Assembly (NCBI GenBank): GCA_963737065.1 | Contig: CAVTRC010000001.1 | Location: 2,336,001-2,400,000 of the forward strand | Reading direction: 5' to 3' | DNA: 64,000 bases | DNA from: Candidatus Eremiobacteria bacterium | GTDB lineage: Bacteria > Vulcanimicrobiota > Vulcanimicrobiia > Vulcanimicrobiales > Vulcanimicrobiaceae | In this document: positions 39,096 to 48,282 of the stretch, piece after piece | Layout of the letters: each line of letters starts with the position of its first letter | Position numbering within the stretch: the stretch's first letter is position 1 | Notes under the pieces: generated by a model | Told to the model about the DNA's origin: nothing | Seen by the model: only the letters and a program-made list of their open reading frames with translations | The model's database searches: none | Program-made: the position numbers and the translations under genes

Positions 39096-40545
39096 CTGCA
39101 AACGGAACATCGCCCAAACGAAAATGGCCGGCCGCAAGGCGGCGGTGGTCGCCGCCGCCGCTCGCGCCGCCGCCACGGATTCAATCCGCAATATCAAAAT
39201 CACAACGACCAGTTTCCGGCAATTGAAACCGGGCCGCCGATGTTGGCTGCGGCCGACCTTGAAGGCAAAAAGAAAGCCGAATTAATCGAGATCGCGCAAG
39301 CAACACGAAGTTGCGCTCGGCAACCCGACGACGATGAAGAAAGACGAAATCGTCGCCGCCATTCTTGCTGCGCAACAACAACGCTCAGGCCTCGAAATGG
39401 CGAGCGGCATTCTCGACATCTTACCGGAAGGTTACGGATTTTTACGGCGCGGCGGATACGTCATCGGCAACGACGACATCTACGTCAGCCAGTCGCAGAT
39501 TCGACGTTTCGAATTGCGCCGCGGCGATATGGTTGAAGGTCAAGTACGCCGACCGAAAGAGAGCGAAAAGTACTACGGACTCATTCGCGTCGATAAGGTC
39601 AACGGTTTCGAACCTGACGCGATCAAAGGCCGCCCGGTCTTTGAAAAAGGCACGCCGATCTTTCCGGAAGAGCGATACAAACTTGAAAATCGCTCCACGC
39701 AACTGTCGACGCGCGTGATCGACCTGTTCTGTCCGATCGGTAAAGGACAGCGCGCGCTCATCGTCTCGCCGCCGAAGGCCGGCAAGACGACGCTGCTCAA
39801 GAACATCGCGCAAGGCATTTCGATCAATCATCCGGAGGCGCACATCATCGCATTGCTCGTCGACGAGCGCCCGGAAGAAGTCACCGACATGCAGCGTACG
39901 ATCGACGGCGAAGTCGTCGCCTCCACGTTCGACGAACATCCCGAGAATCACACGGCCGTTGCCGAGCTTGCGATGGAACGAGCGAAGCGTCTCGTCGAGC
40001 TCGGCAAAGACGTCGTCATACTCCTCGACTCGATTACGCGTCTCGCGCGTGCGTATAACCAGGTCGTTCCGACCTCGGGACGCACGCTGTCCGGCGGTCT
40101 TGATACCGCGTCGCTCCACAAACCGAAGCGCTTCTTCGGCGCGGCGCGCAAGATCGAGAACGGTGGATCGCTTACGATCATCGGCACCGCGCTCGTCGAG
40201 ACCGGTTCGAAGATGGACGACGTGATTTTCGAAGAGTTCAAAGGCACGGGCAACATGGAGCTGAACCTGACCCGTAAGCTGGCCGAATCGCGCGTCTTCC
40301 CCGCGGTCGACATCAAGCGTTCGGGTACGCGTCGCGAAGAGCTCTTGCTCACGACCGAGGAGATGCGCAAAGTGTGGATGTTGCGCCGCGTAAGCGCAGC
40401 ACTCAACACGGGCGACATCACCGAAATGATCCTCGAGAAGATGGCGCAGACGCGCAACAACGACGAGTTCTTGCAATCGGTCACGAAAGAAGCACTCTCG
40501 ATGTCCCGCGGCTACGAAGAAAACGGCTCTAACGGCCGCTACTAA
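39096..40545 (+). CDS. rho: Transcription termination factor Rho (apparent frameshift near 39297; intact ORF from 39334; start uncertain)
   Basis: GYGFLR, DIYVSQSQIRRF, PPKAGKT, DSITRLARAYN; N-terminal DLEGKKKAELIEIA lies in another frame. Confidence 0.95.
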
Positions 40546-40563
40546 CCGCGGAACGGGACAATG

Positions 40564-40597
40564 AAAGGCGGGCCGGCGGTGCCCGTCTTTTTTCTTT
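40564..40597 (+). terminator. Intrinsic terminator after rho
   Basis: AAAGGCGGGC-N7-GCCCGTCTTT followed by a T tract. Confidence 0.75.
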
Positions 40598-40666
40598 ATC
40601 AAGGCCTCGAAAGCGGACGCGAATAACATTCGCGGTCAGGAGTGCCTGTGATGGGGAGCCGAACCG

Positions 40667-40831
40667 ATGCTAGTGATCGTCACGTGCGTTCTTATAATGG
40701 TCGTTATTATTGGTATGATGGCTGCTGCCACATCGCGACGCGGAATGCGACGCGGCGCTCGCGACGATGTCGGCCCGGAGACGAATCTCAACATCCGAGC
40801 CCTGATCGACGACTCGTGGAACAAACATTGA
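40667..40831 (+). CDS. Small single-pass membrane protein (54 aa)
   Basis: GGGGAG RBS; MLVIVTCVLIMVVIIGMMAAATSRRGMRRG... Confidence 0.5.
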   Translation: MLVIVTCVLIMVVIIGMMAAATSRRGMRRGARDDVGPETNLNIRALIDDSWNKH

Positions 40832-41349
40832 CGATTGACGCCGGCAACTGCATCCTTCGGCCGTTTCGCGAAACCGACGTTGAACGACTGGCAGAGATTG
40901 CGAACGACGCCGACGTGGCGCGCTACATGGCGGATCGGTTCCCGAATCCGTATACGCTCGAAGACGCGCGTTGGTGGATTCACTCGCATCTCGCTTCGAC
41001 CTCGATGAACAACTTCGCGATTGAGGCCGGCGGAGAACTCGTGGGCGGCATCGGTATGGATCCGCTCGACGCGGAACGCCGCGTCGGGGCGCAGTTTGGC
41101 TACTGGCTAGGCACCGCGTACAGGCGGCGCGGTATAGCGACCGCAGCGGTCAACGCGTTCACGAATTATGCGATGAACGAGCGGCGCTTCATCCGACTCG
41201 AAGCCGCCGTGTATGCGCCGAACGTTCCGTCGATGCGCGTGCTGGAGCGCTGCGGGTATACGTTCGAAGGCATCATGCGCAGCGCGATCATCAAGCGCGA
41301 TGAAATACTCGATGCGCATCTGTACGCCAAAGTAAGACGGCGTGCGTAG
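40816..41349 (+). CDS. GNAT N-acetyltransferase (RimJ/RimL family)
   Basis: FPNPYTLEDA, FGYWLG, RRGIAT, NVPSMRVLERCG. Confidence 0.88.
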   Translation: MEQTLTIDAGNCILRPFRETDVERLAEIANDADVARYMADRFPNPYTLEDARWWIHSHLASTSMNNFAIEAGGELVGGIGMDPLDAERRVGAQFGYWLGTAYRRRGIATAAVNAFTNYAMNERRFIRLEAAVYAPNVPSMRVLERCGYTFEGIMRSAIIKRDEILDAHLYAKVRRRA

Positions 41350-41541
41350 GCCGGTTGCGTCGATGCGATTTCGTTGGTCGGCTTCTACGGTGTCTTCACC
41401 GCAAACATGACGTGCAACGCCGTGCGCCTGGGGATCGCCATCGCCTCGCACCTCGGCAATCTGCCGGCGACGCTCGGCATCGCCGTGCCGGTCTTCGGGA
41501 TTGCACCGTGGCTTGCGAGCAGGTCCGCGGAAAGATCGTAA
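41350..41541 (+). pseudogene. YoaK/DUF1275 family membrane protein fragment
   Basis: AGCVDAISLVGFYGVFTANMTCNAVRLG resembles the AG.VDA...F...MTGN signature; no start codon; truncated. Confidence 0.55.
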
Positions 41542-41542
41542 C

Positions 41543-42298
41543 ATGGCGAGTTCTACGAGAGCATCGGCGTCGCGCGAACAAGGCGTGCGTTTGAACAAAT
41601 ACATCGCGCAAGCCGGTATAGCGTCGCGCCGTCGCGCCGATCAGTTGATCGCGTACGGAAAAGTGCGCATCAATGGCAGGGTCGTGCGCGAGCTCGGAAC
41701 GCTCGTCATTCCGGGGGATCGCGTTGACGTCAGCGGTACGACGATCGAGCCCGTTGACGACGCGGTATATTTGGTCGTTCACAAGCCAACCGGTGTAATG
41801 ACGACGATGCGCGATCCGCAAGGCCGTCGCACGGTCGTCGATTTGCTTCCGAAGAAGGCGGCGCGCATCGTCCCGGTCGGACGGCTCGACTACAACACCG
41901 CCGGCGTGCTGTTGATGACGAACGACGGTAACCTCGCGAACAAGCTATTGCACCCGCGCTACGGTGTAGAGAAAACCTATCGCGCAACAATCGCCGGACG
42001 GCTCACGCCGGAAGACGTTACGGCGTTGCATGACGGCGTTGTCGTGAAAACGTACAAAGCATCGAGCGCGAAAGTACGCGTCGTTTCGGTGCGCAGCGGC
42101 TATTCCGTCGTCGACGTCACGATTCACGAAGGCCGCAATCGCCAGGTGCGCGATATGTTCGAGGCGCTCGGCCACCCGGTGCAAACGCTGGTGCGGTTGC
42201 GATTCGGGCCGATTTCGCTCGGTGATCTCGGTGTCGGCCGCACGCGCGCGGTGACACCGAAAGAACTCGCAGCACTGAAGCGGGTAGGCGAGTCCTGA
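41543..42298 (+). CDS. rRNA pseudouridine synthase (RluB/RsuA family)
   Basis: RLNKYIA...SRRRAD S4 domain, VGRLD, EGRNRQVR. Confidence 0.92.
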   Translation: MASSTRASASREQGVRLNKYIAQAGIASRRRADQLIAYGKVRINGRVVRELGTLVIPGDRVDVSGTTIEPVDDAVYLVVHKPTGVMTTMRDPQGRRTVVDLLPKKAARIVPVGRLDYNTAGVLLMTNDGNLANKLLHPRYGVEKTYRATIAGRLTPEDVTALHDGVVVKTYKASSAKVRVVSVRSGYSVVDVTIHEGRNRQVRDMFEALGHPVQTLVRLRFGPISLGDLGVGRTRAVTPKELAALKRVGES

Positions 42299-42347
42299 CT
42301 TTTGTCGGCGGGGCCGCAGCGCACGCACCGTCGAACCTCCGGACACC

Positions 42348-43211
42348 GTGGATCGTTATGAAGCACCATCCCGAGAGTTGAAGCTCGCGCGGCGCGATGC
42401 GCGCGCCGGCCGCACGATCGTGCGGTTGCACAGCGGCGCATCGTTCGGTGGTGACACGCTCGCAATCTGTGCGGGTCCGTGTTCGGTCGAATCCGGCGAA
42501 CAGATTGATGCCACGGCAAAGTCCGTATCGGCCGCAGGCGCAAACGTTTTACGCGGCGGCGCGTTCAAGCCGCGCACGTCGCCGTACGCGTTTCAAGGCT
42601 TGGGCGTGCGCGGACTCGAGCTGCTACGCGCGGCAGCCGATCGTCATGGGCTCGCGGTTGTAACCGAAGTGCTCGACCCGCGCGATGTCCCAACCGTCGC
42701 ACGTTATGCCGATCTGCTGCAAATCGGCGCGCGCAATATGCAGAACTTCTCGTTATTGCGCGAGGCGGGTGAATCGGGTAAACCGGTGTTGCTCAAGCGC
42801 GGTCTCGCCGCTACGGTCGATGAATGGTTGATGGCCGCGGAATACATTCTCGTCGGCGGCAATGACAACGTCGTGCTCTGCGAACGAGGCGTGCGATCGT
42901 TCGATCCGGCGACCCGTAACTTGCTGGACCTTTCCGCCGTTCCGTTGCTTGCGGAGCTGACCCACCTGCCGGTGATCGTCGATCCTTCGCACGGCACGGG
43001 AATCGCGCGTCTCGTCGAGCCAATGGCGCTTGCCGCCGTCGCCGCCGGAGCGGACGGATTGCTGGTAGAAGTTCATCCCGATCCGATAAGCGCGATTTCC
43101 GACGGGGCACAGTCGCTGACCCCGGAAGCGTTTACCGCGATGACGCGAGCGCTCGCGGCGGTTGCCTCGGCTGTCGGCAGGCGTTTGCCTGCAGCATCGT
43201 TAGCGGCCTAG
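42348..43211 (+). CDS. aroF: DAHP synthase (class I-beta)
   Basis: AGPCSVES, GGAFKPRTSPY, QIGARNMQN, VDPSH. Confidence 0.93.
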   Translation: MDRYEAPSRELKLARRDARAGRTIVRLHSGASFGGDTLAICAGPCSVESGEQIDATAKSVSAAGANVLRGGAFKPRTSPYAFQGLGVRGLELLRAAADRHGLAVVTEVLDPRDVPTVARYADLLQIGARNMQNFSLLREAGESGKPVLLKRGLAATVDEWLMAAEYILVGGNDNVVLCERGVRSFDPATRNLLDLSAVPLLAELTHLPVIVDPSHGTGIARLVEPMALAAVAAGADGLLVEVHPDPISAISDGAQSLTPEAFTAMTRALAAVASAVGRRLPAASLAA

Positions 43212-43287
43212 GGTAAGAACAATGGCACTCCGGGCGGGGGTCGACTCGTTCACACGGTAGCAAACTCTACTTTCTCGAGGTATAGAA

Positions 43288-44625
43288 ATGACGTTTACGC
43301 GCATCGTTGCACTCGGGTGCACGATGGCGATGGCGGCGACGACCGTCCCCGCTCTCGCACAATATGCTAGTGAATTTTCGATTGCCAAGGTGACGAAGGT
43401 CGGGACGAGTTCGAAGCCAATCGCGGGCTCCGGTACAGTGAAAGTTCAAGTGCAAGTGAACGCCGACGGCTCGCACAAAGTTACCAAAGTCCTCAGTTCC
43501 ACCAACCCCGGCGACAACGCCGCCGCGATGGAGATCGCGCAGAGCTCTACCTACCGTCCCGCGCATCGCGGCAGTACGGCGATCACGAGCTTCTACGACT
43601 TTCAACTGAAATTCAACGGCAAGTCGGTCTCGCATACGGAAGAGGGCGGCGGCACGTCGGGTGCGAGCGCGCTCGCCGGTGCGCCGAGCTCCGTGACCGG
43701 ACCGATCGACGCGGCAATTCGCGCGCATCAGTACGATACCGCAATCTCGAAGGCGAACGCCGCGCTTGTTTCGTCGCCGGGAAACGCGGCGGTACTGCAA
43801 TTGCTCGGCATCGCTCAATATTATAAGAAAGACTATTCCGCGGCGGCCGCGACGTTCTCGAAGGTTCCGTCGATCGGTAAGGAATTCCAACCGCTCGCAG
43901 CCGATGCGTTTGCGAGCGCGAGCGTGCAGGCTGCGCAAAGCAGTCCTTCAGATTCGCTTGATTATGCGCAGAAAGCCGTGTCGCTAGCGAACGACAGCAA
44001 TTCGCAATTTGCGCTCGGCGTAGCGGAACTCGCGAACAAGCAGTACGCGCAGGCAATCACGACGCTGAAGGCCGTGCACGAGAAGGCGCCTGATGCCAAG
44101 ACGAAAGTGGCGATCGATCGTCAATTGCTTTCCGCATATCTCGCCACCAATGACACCGCCGGCGCGAATGCGACCACGGCCGAGATGAAGCAACTCGATC
44201 CGACCGGTAGCACCGCGTCCACTGCGGTCGGAAGCCACTATATTCAACTCGCCAACGACGCGATGACGGCGAAGAACTATCCCGAAGCACTGAAGGACTA
44301 CGATCAGGCAGCGGGCACGGGCGACCCGAAGGTGACTGTCACGGCGAACACCGGCGCCGCGTTTGCGATTTTAAGCATGGCGAAGCCCGATTACCAGAAA
44401 GCGCACGACTATGCCGCCAAGGCAGTAGCCGTCGCGCCGAACGATGCGCAGGCGAACTACGCGGCGGGCGTATCGATGCTCGGGCTCTATGCGAACAGCA
44501 AAAAGGCTGCGGACAAGCAGCAAGCGCTGGACTTCCTCAATAAGGCCGACCAGCTCGCAAAGGCAGCCAACAACACCGCCCTTGCGTTGCAAATCGAAAA
44601 TCAAATTAAGAGTATTCCCCAATAA
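43288..44625 (+). CDS. Exported TonB-C-terminal-like domain + TPR protein
   Basis: Signal peptide; GTVKVQVQVNADG...VLSS...TYRPA; Ala-rich TPR-like helices. Confidence 0.65.
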   Translation: MTFTRIVALGCTMAMAATTVPALAQYASEFSIAKVTKVGTSSKPIAGSGTVKVQVQVNADGSHKVTKVLSSTNPGDNAAAMEIAQSSTYRPAHRGSTAITSFYDFQLKFNGKSVSHTEEGGGTSGASALAGAPSSVTGPIDAAIRAHQYDTAISKANAALVSSPGNAAVLQLLGIAQYYKKDYSAAAATFSKVPSIGKEFQPLAADAFASASVQAAQSSPSDSLDYAQKAVSLANDSNSQFALGVAELANKQYAQAITTLKAVHEKAPDAKTKVAIDRQLLSAYLATNDTAGANATTAEMKQLDPTGSTASTAVGSHYIQLANDAMTAKNYPEALKDYDQAAGTGDPKVTVTANTGAAFAILSMAKPDYQKAHDYAAKAVAVAPNDAQANYAAGVSMLGLYANSKKAADKQQALDFLNKADQLAKAANNTALALQIENQIKSIPQ

Positions 44626-44799
44626 AACGCATGCCGACGGGTGTGTGGGTTTGCGTGAAAGTGCAAATCCGGCGTGGGCAAAACGATACCAGGACTTTAC
44701 GGAAGGGCGGGCAAATGCTCGGGCCTTCGGGACGGCGGAAGCCGTCGCTTTTTCCTTATATCAGCTGCACTCTAAACGCCCGGGAGGGGTCGGAAACTC

Positions 44800-45468
44800 G
44801 TGTTTGATGGATTTATGAGTGTCATGAAGCAGGGTGGTCCGGATATGTGGATCCTGCTCGCTCTCTCCGTGATCGTCGTTGCAATCGTGATCGAACGGCT
44901 GGTGTTCTTCGCATCGCAGCATGGCGATACGAAAGGTCTGCTGCGTCAAATCGGCAGCAAGATCGCTGACGACGATCTCGACGGTGCAATCAAGATTTGC
45001 CAACAGAATAACGGCATGCTTCCGCGCATTCTGGAGTTCGGGCTCCGCCGCGGCGAAAAGAATCGCGCTGATATCACCGACGCGCTCTCGATCGCGCTGA
45101 TGGAGCACCTTAATGCTCTCGAGCGCAACCTCGGCATCATCGGTACGATCGCCGTTATCGCACCGTTCGTCGGCCTCGCCGGCACGGTTCTCGGTATCAT
45201 CCGCGCGTTCCAAGACATCGCGTTGAAGGGCAACTCGACGCCCGCCGTCGTTGCGGCCGGTGTTTCCGAGGCGCTCATCACGACGTTCGCCGGTCTGGTC
45301 GTCGCGATTTTCGCGGTTATCTTCTTCAACTATTTCAAGTCGCGCATCAAGGCGTACAACCAAGAGATGATCGTTGCTGCCAACCAGCTCGCCGAAATGC
45401 TGCACTTTCATAATACGGGCGCGCCGATTCCGACGGAACTTTATCAGCCGAGCGGCCCGACGAAATAG
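44800..45468 (+). CDS. MotA/TolQ/ExbB proton channel
   Basis: IAPFVGLAGTVLGIIRAF, GVSEALITT. Confidence 0.92.
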   Translation: MFDGFMSVMKQGGPDMWILLALSVIVVAIVIERLVFFASQHGDTKGLLRQIGSKIADDDLDGAIKICQQNNGMLPRILEFGLRRGEKNRADITDALSIALMEHLNALERNLGIIGTIAVIAPFVGLAGTVLGIIRAFQDIALKGNSTPAVVAAGVSEALITTFAGLVVAIFAVIFFNYFKSRIKAYNQEMIVAANQLAEMLHFHNTGAPIPTELYQPSGPTK

Positions 45469-45488
45469 CTCGGGAGAGAAGGTAGGTC

Positions 45489-45905
45489 GTGGGACTGCTC
45501 TCGGCACAGCAAGAGTCCGAAGTGATGGCGGAGATCAACATCACGCCGTTCACCGACGTATTGCTCGTGCTGCTCATCATCTTCATGATTCTGGCAGCTA
45601 TCCTCGCGCCGCCGGGCTTTGAGAAGCAGCTTCCGAATCATAATAACAACAATACGCAGAATCAGAATCAGAATAAGAACGATATCGAAGTCGACGTCAA
45701 CGATAAGGGTGTGATTTTCGTCGACGGAACGAAGACGGACCAATCCGGAATCTATCGTGTGATGTACGACGTCTCGCAGAAGAAGCCGCACCACCACGTT
45801 TCCGTGATCGCCGACGCCAAAGCGCCGTACGGTATCATCATTCGGATTCTCGATGCTGCGAAGGAAGCCGGACTGGAAGACGTCGGTTTCGTTACGTCGG
45901 GCTAG
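45489..45905 (+). CDS. ExbD/TolR family protein
   Basis: EINITPFTDVLLVLLIIFM, IADAKAPYG. Confidence 0.92.
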   Translation: MGLLSAQQESEVMAEINITPFTDVLLVLLIIFMILAAILAPPGFEKQLPNHNNNNTQNQNQNKNDIEVDVNDKGVIFVDGTKTDQSGIYRVMYDVSQKKPHHHVSVIADAKAPYGIIIRILDAAKEAGLEDVGFVTSG

Positions 45906-45923
45906 TGGAGGTTTAGTTTACTC

Positions 45924-46349
45924 GTGGCAATGTCGACAGGTGGGGGAGAAGATGAGGTGATGTCGACCATCAACATCACGCCGTTCACGGACGTGTTGTT
46001 GGTGCTCTTGATCATCTTCATCATTCTTGCCGCCGTTACGAAAGAGCCGAAGCTCCCCGACGCGCGCAACAAGGACCGCGTTCAGGCTTCTCAGCTCGTC
46101 GTCATCATCGACGATAAGAACAATATCCAAATCGGATCGAATCAGGTTACGATCTCGCAGGCGCACGATGCGTTCGCGCAGCTGCAAGATCAGACCGGGC
46201 ACAAATTCACAAGTGTCATTATCAAAGCAGATCCGCGTGCGAACTACGGGACGATCTTGCAAGTCATGGACGCTGCGAAATCCGTAGATCTCACGACCTT
46301 CGGGTTGGCCAACCATGTCGAGGGTCAACCGGAGGGCTCAACGCAGTAA
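45924..46349 (+). CDS. ExbD/TolR family protein (second copy)
   Basis: INITPFTDVLLVLLIIF, KADPRANYG. Confidence 0.92.
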   Translation: MAMSTGGGEDEVMSTINITPFTDVLLVLLIIFIILAAVTKEPKLPDARNKDRVQASQLVVIIDDKNNIQIGSNQVTISQAHDAFAQLQDQTGHKFTSVIIKADPRANYGTILQVMDAAKSVDLTTFGLANHVEGQPEGSTQ

Positions 46350-46352
46350 CCG

Positions 46353-47081
46353 ATGGCGAATAAAGGCTTCATTACTACCGGTGAGCGCACGCGCAACTTC
46401 TTGATTGCCGCGTTCGTCATTTCGCTTGTCATCCACGCGGCCGCTTCGCCGTTCTTTCCGGACTTGACGAAGCACCACGAATCGGAAGAAGTCGAAAAGG
46501 TGAGCGTCACCAAGAAGATTCAGGTACGAATACCGACGCCGCCGCCGCCCACACCGACGCCGCCCCCGACGCCGACGCCGCCGCCTGAGAAGACGCCGCC
46601 GCCGCAGAAGAAGGTGGAGGTCGTGCAACCGAAGCTCAAAGTCAACGTTCCGAAGACGTCGAACAACTCGAGCACGACGTCGAACGAACAGCAATACAAC
46701 GTCACCAAGGGCACGGAAAACGGCCAACCGGGCGGTACGAAACCGAACGGAACGCCGGCGCCGCCGGCGACTCCGGCTCCGACGCCGAAGCCCGCGTGTG
46801 CAAATCCGAATCAGGATGCGACGGTGACCAATGCGATGGCACCCGATTATCCCGACTCCGCGCGCGATCTCGGGTTGGGGCCCGTAACGGTGCTTGTCGA
46901 AGTGACGGTTGGTCCGTCAGGTGCGTTGCAAGATGCAACCGTTTACAAATCCTCGGGAAACGGTGCGATCGATCGTGAGGCACTGCGCGCTGCGCATCAG
47001 TCGACGTACGCACCGAAATTGGTCAATTGTCAGCCGACAAGCGGCCAGTATCTCTTCCGTGCGGAATTCAATCCAGACTAA
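46353..47081 (+). CDS. Energy transducer TonB
   Basis: TM with SLVIH, PTPPP repeats, YPDSAR...SSGNGAIDREA C-domain. Confidence 0.88.
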   Translation: MANKGFITTGERTRNFLIAAFVISLVIHAAASPFFPDLTKHHESEEVEKVSVTKKIQVRIPTPPPPTPTPPPTPTPPPEKTPPPQKKVEVVQPKLKVNVPKTSNNSSTTSNEQQYNVTKGTENGQPGGTKPNGTPAPPATPAPTPKPACANPNQDATVTNAMAPDYPDSARDLGLGPVTVLVEVTVGPSGALQDATVYKSSGNGAIDREALRAAHQSTYAPKLVNCQPTSGQYLFRAEFNPD

Positions 47082-47105
47082 GCGCGTGCGGCGTCACGTA
47101 CAATT

Positions 47106-47134
47106 GGAGCGCCCCCGCACGGGAGCGCTCCTTT
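47106..47134 (+). terminator. Putative intrinsic terminator
   Basis: GGAGCGC...GCGCTCC-TTTT. Confidence 0.55.
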
Positions 47135-47147
47135 TCGTTGACGTCCG

Positions 47148-47795
47148 ATGACGCCGCAACGCGCGCGGCGTTTGCTGCTCGTCGCGTTTGCGCTCTCGCT
47201 GCTGATTCACCTTATCGTGATGACCGGCGTTCGTTCACCTTTCGGTCCCTCGGAAGAACAAACGCAAACCGTTGTGAGCATTCAACACGTGCACGCGTTG
47301 CGCGTTACGCGCCGGCCCACCCCATCACCGCCGACGCCCACACCGGCGGTGAGCCCGTCGCCACAAGCCTCGCCGCGATCGACGGCAGTTCCGAAGCCAC
47401 GTCCCGGCGGTTCGCCCGGATCCGGCGGATCGAACCCTTCGAGCGGCGGCAGCGCGCGGACGACACTGGCTGCAGCGCCCACGGCGGCAAAGCCGTCGCC
47501 GACTCCGAACTGTGCGACGAGCGACGGGCCCGCATCGGTAGCGCAGACGCCTCCGCCGCCTGACATCGCGCCCGCTGCACGCGGCGCGGCAACAAACGGA
47601 ACGACGACCGTGCGAGTCTCGCTCGACGCGACGGGAACGGTGAAAGCGGCCACCGTGATGCAAAGCAGCGGAAATACCGCACTGGATGTCGTTGCGGTCA
47701 GCATGGCACGCGCTGCGCGCTACACTCCCGCCACGCATGCGTGCAAATCGATCGCAAGCGACTATCTATTCAAAGTGAAGTTCACCGCGTGGTGA
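47148..47795 (+). CDS. TonB family protein
   Basis: SLLIH TM, Pro-rich linker, SSGNTALD C-domain. Confidence 0.82.
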   Translation: MTPQRARRLLLVAFALSLLIHLIVMTGVRSPFGPSEEQTQTVVSIQHVHALRVTRRPTPSPPTPTPAVSPSPQASPRSTAVPKPRPGGSPGSGGSNPSSGGSARTTLAAAPTAAKPSPTPNCATSDGPASVAQTPPPPDIAPAARGAATNGTTTVRVSLDATGTVKAATVMQSSGNTALDVVAVSMARAARYTPATHACKSIASDYLFKVKFTAW

Positions 47796-47837
47796 CGCTA
47801 GCCGCAACACGGCGCTGCGTTTAATGCACGTCGCGGC

Positions 47838-48221
47838 TTAGAGCATCCCCATGTCGCGTAAGAGGTGCAGCGTGTCGATGTAGCGCTGCAGCTGTTTGCG
47901 CGTTTCGTCGTCGACGTCGAGAAACGCGACGCCCGTACGGTATCGCTGAAGAAGCGGATCGTAGCGCGACCAGCGAACGACCCCGCGGATGCGAAGGACC
48001 GGTTGTGCATCGCCGCGCAGCTCGACTTGAACGCTGACCGGTTCATCCTTGATCAACTCGGCGTTTGTGAGCATCGCCATGCCGCCCATCGCAATATCGT
48101 ACGTCTCCGTAAATTCGGGAGCGAATTCATCGTTGATGCTATACGAAACGAGCAATGAGTCGCCGACGCGCGGAAATTTACGCTCTTGCGGCTCCTGCAT
48201 GCTCGTATCGTGATATTCCAC
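47838..48221 (-). CDS. PilZ domain protein (start may be 48200)
   Basis: RKFPR (RxxxR) and DIAMGG motifs; GVVRW, GVAF. Confidence 0.8.
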   Translation of the reverse strand: MEYHDTSMQEPQERKFPRVGDSLLVSYSINDEFAPEFTETYDIAMGGMAMLTNAELIKDEPVSVQVELRGDAQPVLRIRGVVRWSRYDPLLQRYRTGVAFLDVDDETRKQLQRYIDTLHLLRDMGML

Positions 48222-48282
48222 GCGTTCGCCTTAGTCCGGCCGGATAGGCAATCCTGCCCATTTCGGCGTAACTGAGGGCCCC

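Noticed and set aside
39264..39280. AAAAAG run as a programmed frameshift signal for rho
   Set aside because: A -1 slip gives the wrong frame, and the needed frame has TAA at 39283 downstream of the run.
46530..46605. Short tandem repeats (also 49500-49780) as CRISPR or DNA repeats
   Set aside because: They encode Pro/Thr linkers; no repeat-spacer structure and no cas genes.
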